DNA from: Vitrella brassicaformis CCMP3155
Taxonomy: Eukaryota; Protista; Chromerida
Length of the DNA stretch: 64,000 nt
Direction of reading: 5' to 3'
Assembly (NCBI GenBank): GCA_001179505.1
Contig: CDMY01000264.1
Coordinates: 79,671-143,670, forward strand
Each line of letters opens with the position of its first letter. Position 1 is the stretch's first letter. A program made the position numbers and the translations under genes. This document shows positions 26,101-37,100 of this stretch, piece by piece. The notes under the pieces were generated by a model. That model searched no databases. It worked only from the letters and a program-made list of their open reading frames with translations, and was not told the origin of the DNA.

Positions 26101-28115
26101 CTTACATACATTATTCGCACCAGTGTGTCATTTGCGGCGTCTTTGCTGTATCTCTTGCCGTAGAGGTAGCTCATGGGCAGCTTCACCAGACGGGCATGCA
26201 CCCACACGTTGCCAGGGTGAAAGGGGAACCACCTCGGCAGGCCCCACAGCTGTTTGCATGAACGCATCACACACAAGTGTGCAGACACAAGTGGTGGGCC
26301 TGGGCTTGTGTACGTGCGTGTATGATGCTGACCTCTGGCGGGATGGGCATCAGCCCGTCCCACTCGTACACACCCAACACACACAGCCAGAACCGACACC
26401 TGTGTACGCATACACATGTACATATACATAATATACGTACGTGTGGATGCGTGTGTATGTATGCCTCACTAGCAAACACCCGTACCAGAGTGGCGACCTG
26501 ACGGCGCCCCCATGCGCGTGAATGAACGCCTGTTTCGCCGGGCACACACACACACACACACATCCATATATATACACGTATGTATGTATGTATGAATGAA
26601 TGATATACATACAGCATCTGTCAGTGATGTGTACAAGTATAGCATGTGTCAGTGATCGATCGATCGCACCCACCCGTGCGAGTCTGCAGCTCTTGTGCTC
26701 TTTGTCAGTGCCGAGCAGCCGCAGCGACACGTAAGACAGCACAGTGCCGAACATCGTCGACGCACCTGCACGCACACAAATGCACACAGACATATTGCAG
26801 CAACGCGCATACAGACAGAGAGTGCGTCCTTTTGCGTGTGCGTGTGTGTGTGTGTGCACACTTACCTTCGATGTGTGTGCCCCAGCCGCCATCAATCTGC
26901 TGGTGGTTGCGCAGGTACACACACAGCCCTGAAGACAATACAGACGGACAGACAGGTACTTATTTGCTGTGTGTGAAACGCGCGAAGACCCCCGTACCTC
27001 GCTTGACGTGCTCGCCGAGGTCATGGCCTACATGCAGTGCACACGTAAGTCACCTGTGTGTCGTTTCTGAGTGTGTGCGTGCCCGCCCACCAGTGATGTA
27101 GCAAGCGATGACCAGACCGGGAATGAGGAAATGCGGACCTCTGTCGGCACACACACTTGATGAATGTACACGTACACCTGCACACGTACCCATAGTCGCC
27201 TGCGAAGTGCCCGTCGTCGCACTGCAGCCTCTCGTAGAAGGACAGCCCCTTGCGCAGACACGAGACCGCTGTTGCATGGACACGTCGACACATGCACACA
27301 TTTGGGAGTGTGTCGCATGTGTTTGTGTGGGTACTTGCGCCCTCCTCTCTCTCTTCCGGCTGATCCTTGGCTTTGCTGCGGGCTAGCAGCTGCCTCCTGC
27401 ACACGGACACACACGTAGTCATCTGGATGAATGTATGTATCGATTGACGTGCACCTCAGCGGTTTATCAGCGGCGTTTGGATTGATGTGTGGATCGAACG
27501 AGTCGTCGGCTGGCGAACTACCTGCACCCACCCACACGCGCAGACAAACAGACAGACAGATGCACGTGTGCAGTGAGTCAGTGTATCATCAATCTGTGGG
27601 TGTTCTTGGGCGTGTGAGTGCGCACCTGTCTTGCTGACGTACCGCCACACCTGACGGCCAACGAGGGAGCCGGTCAGCTGACCTGTATGTGAGTGGCCCA
27701 GCGATGAGTCGATGTGTGTATGTGTCTGCGTGTGTGAGTACCCTTCTCGTCTTTCTGCACTGATTCATCGCTTGATGTGAACACCCTATGCATATACATT
27801 TGCACACACATTTATACTATGCACACACGAAGGGACGGACACTAAGCTCAGCGCACCATCCTTGTGTGGCCTCGCCGGTTTCTCTCCTCAGCTCCTCGTC
27901 ACGCACAGCGGAAAAACACGGATACCTGACGCACACACACACACAGAGAGAGTCGCACACACAGAGTGTGAGCCAGATCTGCAGGCGAGATGTGTCCCCG
28001 AACAGATGCGCATCTATGTCCACCTGGCCTTGGGGCGCCGCCTCTTGGTGCATTGCTTCACCAGCCAGGCGAATACGCATTGGAAAGGCGACACTATAAG
28101 CGACAACACGTCCAT
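23161..28115 (-). CDS. LSS: 2,3-oxidosqualene cyclase (lanosterol/cycloartenol synthase family), ~25 exons
   Basis: GRQVWRY, GDYG|GPHFLIPGL, catalytic [37 protein letters not shown], five QW repeats ([40 protein letters not shown]), C-terminal [13 protein letters not shown]. Stop TGA 23161-23163. Confidence 0.95.
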
Positions 28116-28135
28116 CTAGGCCTCCTTTCACCGCC

Positions 28136-28146
28136 TGCGAGCTTAG
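28136..28146 (-). promoter_or_regulatory. CTAAGCTCGCA motif in the OSC/oxygenase bidirectional promoter
   Basis: Identical 11-mer also at 44492-44502 (+) and 59117-59127 (-). Confidence 0.55.
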
Positions 28147-28288
28147 CTTCGACCCGGCTCACAAAGGCAGAACGAACTGATTCATCGCACCACTCTGTAC
28201 TCGCCGTCACTGATCAACTCACAGCCAGCGGTCATCCTCAAGCAAAGATCATCCCTTCCCGTCCTTTCGGTGACGACCAATAGTGGCC

Positions 28289-29980
28289 ATGGTGGCAGGG
28301 GCGCTGCTGCTGATGCTGGTGCTGCTTCCATTCATCTTGCCGTCGGCATCTGGCTTCGTCCTTCCCAGCCCGAGCCAACGACTGAGAGCACCGGCTGCCC
28401 AGAAGGTCACGCGACTGAGTCAGGAGCAACAACGGGAGGCTTACGATTGGGCTCTGACGCACATCGAGGACATCGTATCGCTTCCCTTCTTCATCGAGGG
28501 CACCATTGACAGTGCTGTGCCGGTCATCAGAGGCAAGACGGGAGACTGGGCACTCGACTTATCGGAGAATCCAGAGGAGGATCTGAAAGCTGCGTATGCG
28601 TCCGCCACTCAGTCGCCGGTCGGTTTGCTTGGCGAGGAGCCAGCTGACAGGGTGGATTTTGAGCATCGAAAGTCGAGGGAATTCGCAGCCAGCGATCTGC
28701 AAATAGAGGGAACGATGGCGGGTTGCACTTATCTGCAATACTATACACCGTGGAAGTACCAGAAAGATCAATGTCAGTACAGCACCAATGACACATGGAC
28801 TGCAGTCATCGAGGAAATATGTCAAGAAGCCGCCGACAGGAATTCGCCGGGCAGCGAAGTCAAAGCAGAACTGTACAAGGTAAAGGATTTCGTTGATGCA
28901 GCCGCAAGTCTTGCTCTCTATGATGATCCACGTCTATGTTGTCATCGCAGATGCTGATTTACGGCGAGAGGGACCATTTTGCAAAACACATCGATACACA
29001 GCGCTCGGCAGACATGTTTGCGACGCTCATCGTCTCTCTCCGACCGAGTACAAAGGAGGAGCTTTCACGCTGTGGAAAAATGGAGAAGCTCATGAAACCA
29101 GCGATTCTACTTATTGTCTACCCTGGGTAGCCTTCTATTCTGACGTGCCACATAGCGTCGAGACAGTCACTTCGGGCTATCGCTGTGTCCTCGTGTACAA
29201 TCTGAGCCGCCGGCAAGTTGGACAGAGGTGCGGAGAAGCAAGATCACGGAGAAATTTGTGGGGTCACTAAAACAGTGGTTTCAGGAGACAGAGAGGTATC
29301 CTCACATGTGTGCGTTGGGTGCGTGCGTCAGAGGTGTTTTTTGGTTGTGTGTGTTTTCAGGCCTTGGCGATCGCCCTCGAATATGAGTACACCCCTTCGA
29401 GCATTGGCATGGAGTATCTGAAGGGCAGGGACAGATTGCTCTATGACATATTGGCCGAGCACTTCAACATCAGTCTAGAGATAATTCATCAGAATTGGAG
29501 AGCTCTGCCAGATGTTGATGGACAATGACGTCATTGTCACACGTTGTGCGGGATGGATATTGTTAATCCTCCTTATCTCGAGCTGTTCGATGAGAGCAAC
29601 GACAAAGGGGCGTGGCGCTGGTTCCTCGCCTTGGAGGATGATGAGTTCTCTTCAGGTAAGCATTGGTCATTTTCAGCCAGGGATCACCGGTTCTGACTGG
29701 TGTATCTTTCGTGTCTCTCTCCTCTTTGTTCCATTCAATGCAGATTACATTGAGAAGTAAGCGACAGAAATGGGCGCTCATTGCTCTCCGTGAGTGACGA
29801 CTTGAAAACGCTTTGGTCTATACAGGTTCGGCAAAAGGAAGTCGCTCGTTGGATTGAATATCGGTCGTCGGACGGGCGGATTCGAGCCGGACGAGGAACA
29901 GGGCCGATCTTTGCAGAAAAGCCACAGACCATCAAGACAGAGATGGTGCGATTGGGCAACCAGATGGGGCCAAGTAAGTA
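28289..29980 (+). pseudogene. 2OG-Fe(II) oxygenase (2OG-FeII_Oxy_3-like) with signal + Phe + transit-like N-terminus; disrupted by a frameshift, or an assembly error
   Basis: KAELYK|MLIYGERDHFAKHIDT..MFATLIVSL in one frame; PTEYKGGAFTL..WVAFYSDVPHSVETVTSGYRCVLVYNL in another (HxD..H..R triad). One C is missing at 29040-29041. Downstream ALAIALEYEY..LKGRDRLLYDIL; in-frame TGA at 29526-29528 followed by further open sequence. 3' end uncertain. Confidence 0.65.
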
Positions 29981-30317
29981 AGACACTCGAATGGATGGAC
30001 TCATCGACAGCTCATGTCACTCACGCCCTTGAATGTGCGTGTGCGGTGTGCAGGCCATTTTCAGTATCTGAGCGTCGCCTTGGTCATCCACGGCCCCAAA
30101 TAAGAGAGTCAGATAGACCGACAGAGCGCGTACCTGCTTGAACTGGCTTCTGGTGTCAGGCCGCTTGATGCTTCTGCTCTGCATAGTTAATTGTGATCAC
30201 AATGACAATGTGGTAGTCGTTTTGGTTGTGATAAGGTGTGTGTTTTGTGGCAAATTTGTGGTGTGACGATGGAACGGGCCGAACGGCCGGACATACATGG
30301 ACCTGAGGCATGCAATC

Positions 30318-30372
30318 GGTTGATCAAATGCCACATCTTGTCATGAGTATGACATTTGGCATTTGATCAACC
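30318..30372. repeat. Inverted repeat / hairpin: perfect 16-bp outer stem plus 6-bp inner stem and 4-nt loop
   Basis: GGTTGATCAAATGCCA (30318-30333) pairs with TGGCATTTGATCAACC (30357-30372). Inner TGTCAT-GAGT-ATGACA. Confidence 0.9.
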
Positions 30373-30505
30373 CAACTGCATCGAATTTTTGACATGAAAT
30401 AAGCTGTCAGCGAAGTTTTGTACATCACACGCGGGTCGATTCATCTGTCTGTCTGTGTGTATCTCTGTGTGTGCGTATCTGTCTCAGGTGCAACCGCAGG
30501 ACACG

Positions 30506-30724
30506 ATGGCACCGTTTTTCGTCAAGGCGACCGCCGACAACAAGAAGAACGTGTGGAGATACCCAGACCGTGTGGTGTGCTCGAGCGAACATGGCCGCAG
30601 GTGGGAGCTGGGGGCGTGGAAGAGCGAGGCAGATGCAGAGAGGGCCGTAGTGAAGGTGGCGCAGTGGCTGTGCGACAACCCCAGGGGCTATCTGGGATGG
30701 GGCCCGAAGTCCACACAGACGTAG
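30506..30724 (+). CDS. Small 72-aa ORF (or terminal exon) with an AP2-like segment
   Basis: MAPFFVKATADNKKNVWRYPDRVVCSSEHGRRWELGAWKSEADAERAVVKVAQWLCDNPRGYLGWGPKSTQT. Coding-like composition without microsatellites. Preceded by a typical (GT)-rich intron acceptor ending at 30487. Confidence 0.45.
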   Translation: MAPFFVKATADNKKNVWRYPDRVVCSSEHGRRWELGAWKSEADAERAVVKVAQWLCDNPRGYLGWGPKSTQT

Positions 30725-31139
30725 CGAGCTGACTGAGACAGACAGAGAGGCCTTTAGTGTGTAGCTTCCTCTTGTGTCTTCCTGTGGGACAGACAGCCCC
30801 AGGCCGGCTGCAAGTGGGTGTTCCGGTGAGAGAGAGGAGACAAGAGATTAGTCCATGCCGGCGGCTGGATGGATGAGGGAGGATAGGATGCCACACACAT
30901 GGATGGATGGATGGATGGACGGATAGATGGACGGTGTGTGATATGGCGTTCGCTGACAGTCACCACTCCATAAATGTGCATACGACGGACGCATACATAC
31001 ATACATACATACACGCAGTTAGAGAGAGCAGTCTGCCAAATGCCCTACTTGCGGGTCTGGCGCTTCTACAGGTATACACATGGACACGGGCTACTGCTTG
31101 TAGTTCATTCAGGCCGCTACTCAGATTTCGCCCACAGCA

Positions 31140-34100
31140 CTACCGATGGTTATAAACTGCTGACCGCTGGTGGATAGCATCCTCTCCCTACACGCACAGA
31201 CACAAAGGCACTCACTCTTTTCTGCCTGTAGACGTGCAAAGGTGCATCTTTATCATGGACTGTATCCACGTACCTGTGTGTGATGCTCTCGTCGCTCTTG
31301 TTGCTCTCCTCCGAGCTGAATGGCGAGCCGCTCGAGTCCTCTTTTTTGTCATTACTAACTGGGGGATAGTCGCTGTGTTTCTTTTTGCCACTCCTCCCGA
31401 TTGCCGTGCCGGCGCTGCTGCCGTAGTCGCTGATCTTATCGGCACTGATGATCGGGGGCATCCGGTCGATAGCCTTGGGCGGCGGGGCGTGGGGGAACTC
31501 GGCGACGGACGGCAAATTCATGATTAGGCAGTCAAAGAGGGAGACGTACTTGGACAGAATGAGAACAAGCGACGCCCACAAAATGCTCAGTACAGGGAAC
31601 AGCACCAACCTGTTTGTGTGGGTAGAAATAAAAAAAAAGAACCCTTCGCGTGTCTCTCTGTGTATCGCTGTGTCTCGTGCCGCGCTGACCGGTAAGAGCT
31701 GCCAAGAAGGGAGGTTCACATCCACTGACCGATCAGCACGTCGTTCTGATTCTGAGACGCAGATGCAATGAATGATACAGCCATGTACACATTGTGAAGC
31801 GGCACTCACCCCGACAAAGAGGACGTTCCACCCTACACACGCGAGGCTCAAAAGCGTCCACACAGCCCAGCCGATGATGTTCAGCACCTCCCAAGCAGAC
31901 ATCTGGAACCGCTTCTCGCGAGCGTCCATTTCGTCCTGGATCAGCACATGTGCGTCTCCCTCTCAGTCTCTCTCTGTGTCTCTCTCTGTCTCTCTTTCAC
32001 CTCGATCACAAACTTAGCGAAAATCCCGAACATGAACAGCCCCACGACCCTCGCGACGACAAACGCCCCCACGGACACGACGATGGTCGACATAGACGGC
32101 AGATAGGCCGACCGGGGAGGGTCGCACACATGAGAGAAATAGAGGCTCGAATCGGCGTACGAGTCCACGTGGGGACCGACGTTCTCACCGGCAAGTTTGC
32201 CGGCGTGGGACGACACGAGGCAGTTGGACTAGAAGAAGAGGGATGAGAGCGTGATGATGCCCATCAGCGAGGCCTCGAGCACGGCAAAGCGCTGTGCACG
32301 AGTCGAGAAGGGGTTATACGTCAGCCTGATGGGCGGCAGTGAATAGAAACGGAGTCTAATTGGCGTGGGAGTGCATGACACGATCTTACGCAGATAAGAC
32401 GGGGTGATTCCTCCGCACCACGTGGCGGAATATCTTCAGGTTCGGCCACCGTTGGTACCGAAGCCGGTCAGCGATCGCCCTTGCCTGAGCGACACACACA
32501 CCAGCCGAGATGAACCACGCACGCAATGGCTGCGTCCCCATCCTGTGGCGGCAGACCTCCAAGGTGTCTTCAATGACGAAGGACGCCTCGCTCTCCTCTG
32601 TCATCGATGCAGAGAGTATCGACGGTCGGCCCACATTGGTGCTCGCATCCGCGGTCTCCCGCCTGTCTTTCTCATTCTCCTTCTGCTCGAGCTCATCTTC
32701 TGTCGCCGGGACATCTGTGACGATTGCGGTCTTCATGTGGGCAATCATCATGGCGAAGGACTCGGCACACAGCGGATCGATGAATGTGAGCTGCATGCAC
32801 GAGCAGAGGAGAGAGCAGAGGAGACACACATGCGTTTTTGCGAGTGTGTGGATGCGCATGGTGTGCGGATATGTTTGTTGACCTTCATGCTGCCGATGAA
32901 GACGGATGCGTCGTCCGCTGTGACGTGTGGCATTTCCTCGATCATGTAGCCGTGAATCTTCTGGCTCTCTTGCGATGACACATTCAGCACCTGCACACAA
33001 ACACATACAAATATGCATGCATCTGCCTGTGAGAATGCGCGTGTGAATCGCAGACCAGGCCGTCATGCGTCCACCAGATGTGCCCAAAATTGCCGTTGCA
33101 TGCACCTGCACAGCACAGCATGCACCATGGCTTGTCTCATCATTAGACAGATACAGGTCGATCTGTTTGCCTACAGAAGCAAGCCGAGTAGGGCACCGGC
33201 CCCTCATATGTGAAGGAAACCGGCATCGGCGTCTCTTCGTCTTCTTCATCCCGATCGTCGTCGTCATAAATTTCCAAAACCATGTCCCTCTTCCCGTCCT
33301 TCGCCGCGCGGAGCAGCCGCGCCAAAGCCGTCACCGACACTGCATGATCGTCCTGCTGCACCTGCTCGTCCTCGTTCTCGGCCGGAAGCAGCTCACCGAC
33401 GGACGGGAACTCCGGACAGACGGAAATCCTGGCATGGCTCTGCGGTGACTCGACCACGCCGGCCAGGAAGGTGTCTTGGTGGATCAGCTGCGAGGTCTCC
33501 TGCTGCTGCAGTAGTGTCTCCTGCTGCCTCAAGCCGGTCACAAAGGTCTGCTGCTTGAGGCGTGAGAGGATGTCTCTGTCCTCGGTGTGGGAGCCGACAC
33601 TTGTCGGCAGGATGGTGAGCAGGAGCGTGTTGTCGCGGTCGAAGAGGGAGACGGCCCTCTCGTTCTCGTCTTCATGGATGCTCTCGATTGCGTCGAGCTC
33701 TATTGCCTTCAGGGGGCCGTTGGTGTCGATCAGATGCCTCCACTGTACAACACACATCGGGCAGTCAACAGCAGCGCAGACAACACTCACTCATTCACAC
33801 ACATCTCACGACCTCACCTTTGTATCTCTGAAGTGCACGGCGGGGTGCAGAAACAGCTCCGTTTTTGACGCCCACATGTAGAACGGCTCAAAAGACTCAT
33901 CCGCCGTCTCTCGGTCCTCAACCACGTACACAGTCACCGCATCCGGAGGCGGCACCGATGTGTCGCTCGCCAGCGACTTGCGCGGCTGCCCGGTGTCTCC
34001 GTCTGTGTCCTGCTGCTGCTGCTGTGGAGTGTTGTCCTCCCGTCGGGCATAGTCGATCTGTGCCTGCATGAGCAGCACATCCAGCTGCTCAAGCCGCTGC

Positions 34101-37100
34101 TGCTCCCTCTTCTTCTGGTTGGTCAGCCGCGTGTGCCGCCTCGTCCCGACACTTGCACGCGACAGCCTCGCCGTGGTCTTGCTGTGCTTCTGCATCTCAA
34201 TCTCCTTCATGACCGAGAGGGTGAAGTGGTCCGCCGGCTGGTGTGCCCCTCGGTGTCTGAACCGGCGGATGGCCACGAGGGCGTCTTTGATTGAGGCGCG
34301 GTGGTCTCGCTGCTGATCTTGCTTCTGCTTTTTCTTGCTGGGCCGCCGCGGGCAGATGATGCCGAATAGGAGGAACAGCGGGAGTAGGGGGAAGAGGATC
34401 AGCCGCCTGGGAGTTATGTAGAGCGGCCCGATAGGCAGACACCCCTGACACAACATAAGACAGACAGAGAAGGAGGAAACGTGTCGGATACGTGTCTCTT
34501 GGTCTCACGAGTATTCGAATGGCGGGCATGACGACACAGAGGAATCCGCTGTTCTCCCGCCTTTCATAGATGTCGCGGAAGAAGAAGGGGAGCCTGTCGT
34601 CGATCGGCATCCAGTCAAAACGATCCTAACACACGACCAGGGACGCATTTGTGTCCTGTTAGACACGCACATGGCTCACTGGACACACTCACCCGCAGCC
34701 ACAGAGCGACAACGGGGACCTTGAGCAAGGCAGTCGACAGCACCACAAACACCAAACCAAGATTGCCTAGAGAAAGGATTACAGGTGTCGATAAATGAGC
34801 GACACCTCATCAGTATGCGTGTCTCTTTGTGATGCCTACCGGCCTTGAGCATGCTGAGCAGCACACTGGTGTCGAATGTGAGCTGTGGACTGTCGCTGCC
34901 CTTGCCGCCGTCCACACGCACATGATCGTCCACATAAATCGCAGCCGTAAACGTCGTCAGGTGTGTACACGCGCACTTCACACATACACAGAGAAAGGTA
35001 CACATTCATACCCGAGACGCATGCCTTCGTCTGGTGGATCGCACCTGGATCGACACATCAGTGGCCGTCACGTTGCATTGCGCATCGACGTACTGCTCAT
35101 TCCCCTCATCCCACTGCATGCACGACGGCTGTCCAGAGGGCGCCGATGCATCCCGCGGGAATGACAGCACCAGGTCAACGTTCTGCACGTCAGTGAGCTT
35201 CGTCGCGTCTCGCCAAAGGTCCACTGTGATGGCCGTGTCGAGCACAAGTGCTTCTGGTGTGGGTGTGTGTTTGGACAGAAGGGGGTTGCTGGGCAGAGTG
35301 ACTGCGGTGGCGTGCGTGGCGTTGGCATTGGCTATACTTGCCGCTGAGAGAAAGATGCGCGTCTGCAGACATAGATGCATGTGTGTCTCTTTCCTCTTTC
35401 ACGCCTCTCTCTCTCGCTGGCTCACTGTGTTGATGCCCAGTATGGTGTTGGCCTGTCTGGGCGTCATTTGGATGGAGAAGTCATCCTTGGTGTGCACCAA
35501 AGGCAGCGAATACTCCCGGGCAAGCCTCGTGATATTCTCATAGACCTCGTCCTGCATTTTCAGTTAAGAAACAAGATGCATACGCACATACACGTGCTCT
35601 TTCTGCTCATATTGCCCACCATCAGTGCCAACGCGTCTGTGGCGTTGCCATCCTTGGTCAAGAATCCCCTCTTCGCCAAGGCATTCATGACGGCGGGCAG
35701 CACCCGCAGCAGCAGTGAGGCGCTCTCTTTGTCTGTCTCCGTGATCAACTCTGTCAGCTCCCTCACAACCGCCACCAGTTCGCCAGCCATTAGTGTGTCT
35801 CCGGCCATGTCGGCCAGCTTCTCAGCTGCCTGTGCGACAAGCATCTGGGTCTCTTGCGTATCGTCGTCAGTATCGATCAAGGATAGAAGTTCCATCAGCT
35901 GAGACATGAAGACGGCATCATCACCTTCTCCCTCTTCCTCTCCTTTCCCCCTTCCGGCCTCTGACGCAGCAACAATGTAGGAAGCGATTTCTGCGGAATC
36001 AGCGGTGCCGTTCAGCATGTCGCTTATGTTGCGGAGCGGCGCCGCTGCTGCTGAGACAACAATTCTCGCATAGGGGCAGGTCGGTGTGCTCTTGTCGTTC
36101 GTCGCCGTGCAGAGCGACGACAGCATCCATGGCAGCTGGGTGTTGTGATGGCACGGCAGATGGCAGGTGTTGTTAAGCGCGTCCGTGATATGCGAATAGA
36201 TCAGGTAGTCTCCTGGCGGCAGATGCACGAGCAGACAGGGGTCCTGTCGTCGGTAGGACAGCACTCGTATCGGCTTGACGCTTTCAAATTCGGTCACGAA
36301 GGTGCTGTATGTTTCTCGGCCCATCTCGCGCGCATAAGGGTCGATCTCCCACCCATACTGGTCGATGTGCACTCGGCCATCCCCCACCGACGCCCGCAAC
36401 TGGCCAGCCACCGGGAAGAGTGTGGCGCGTATGTTTGTGTGCCAGTCGTCGGTCTGAGCGTGGTAGATCCATCCGGGGTGCAGCGTCCCCGCCGGGACGC
36501 TCCCGTTGGCTAGCGATATCTCCTCGGCAAAAACCTCTTCTGCTTGTACGCGACCGTAAGACACCAAAGGCGTCAGTATGGTGGGGGCACTCGTCCCCAG
36601 ATCCACAGCAGCATGAGACGACACCGGCCGCTCGATGCTCCTGTCAATGTGTCGGAAAGACGTTTGCAGGTCGCGTGTGACAGTTATCGCGCCGGCGGCC
36701 ACGCTGCCTTTGCTCAGCTCCTGGCTGGCTTCGACGGCAAACACATATATTCCCTGCCGTGTGTTGTTCAGTCTGTAGGAGACGCTCCTCTCCGTAAATG
36801 GCACCACCTGTGTCGCAATCAGGGCGCTTCCATTCATGTTGCTCTCCATCAGCGTGTAGTTGAAGCAATCGTGCACTGTCGCGTTGGCAGCAAGAGCCCG
36901 GAACAGCAGCTGAGGGGCCGACAGGTATGGCGGAGTGCGTGTGGGCGAGACGGCAAATCTCGAAGTGACAGGCGTCCAGACGCAGTACCAATCCGTCCTT
37001 GTTGGCTGCGCCGCGCCTTGTGGCTCGATGTCCAGAGCAAGGGTCATGTTGCCGCCCAACGAGAGAGACAGTGCTGGCGCGTCGTATCTGTCGACCCGAC

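Noticed and set aside
18136-27800. Dozens of six-frame ORFs rich in VCVCV, HTHTH, DGWMDG, SIHPSIH
   Set aside because: These are translations of intronic (GT)n/(CA)n/(GGAT)n microsatellites, not proteins.
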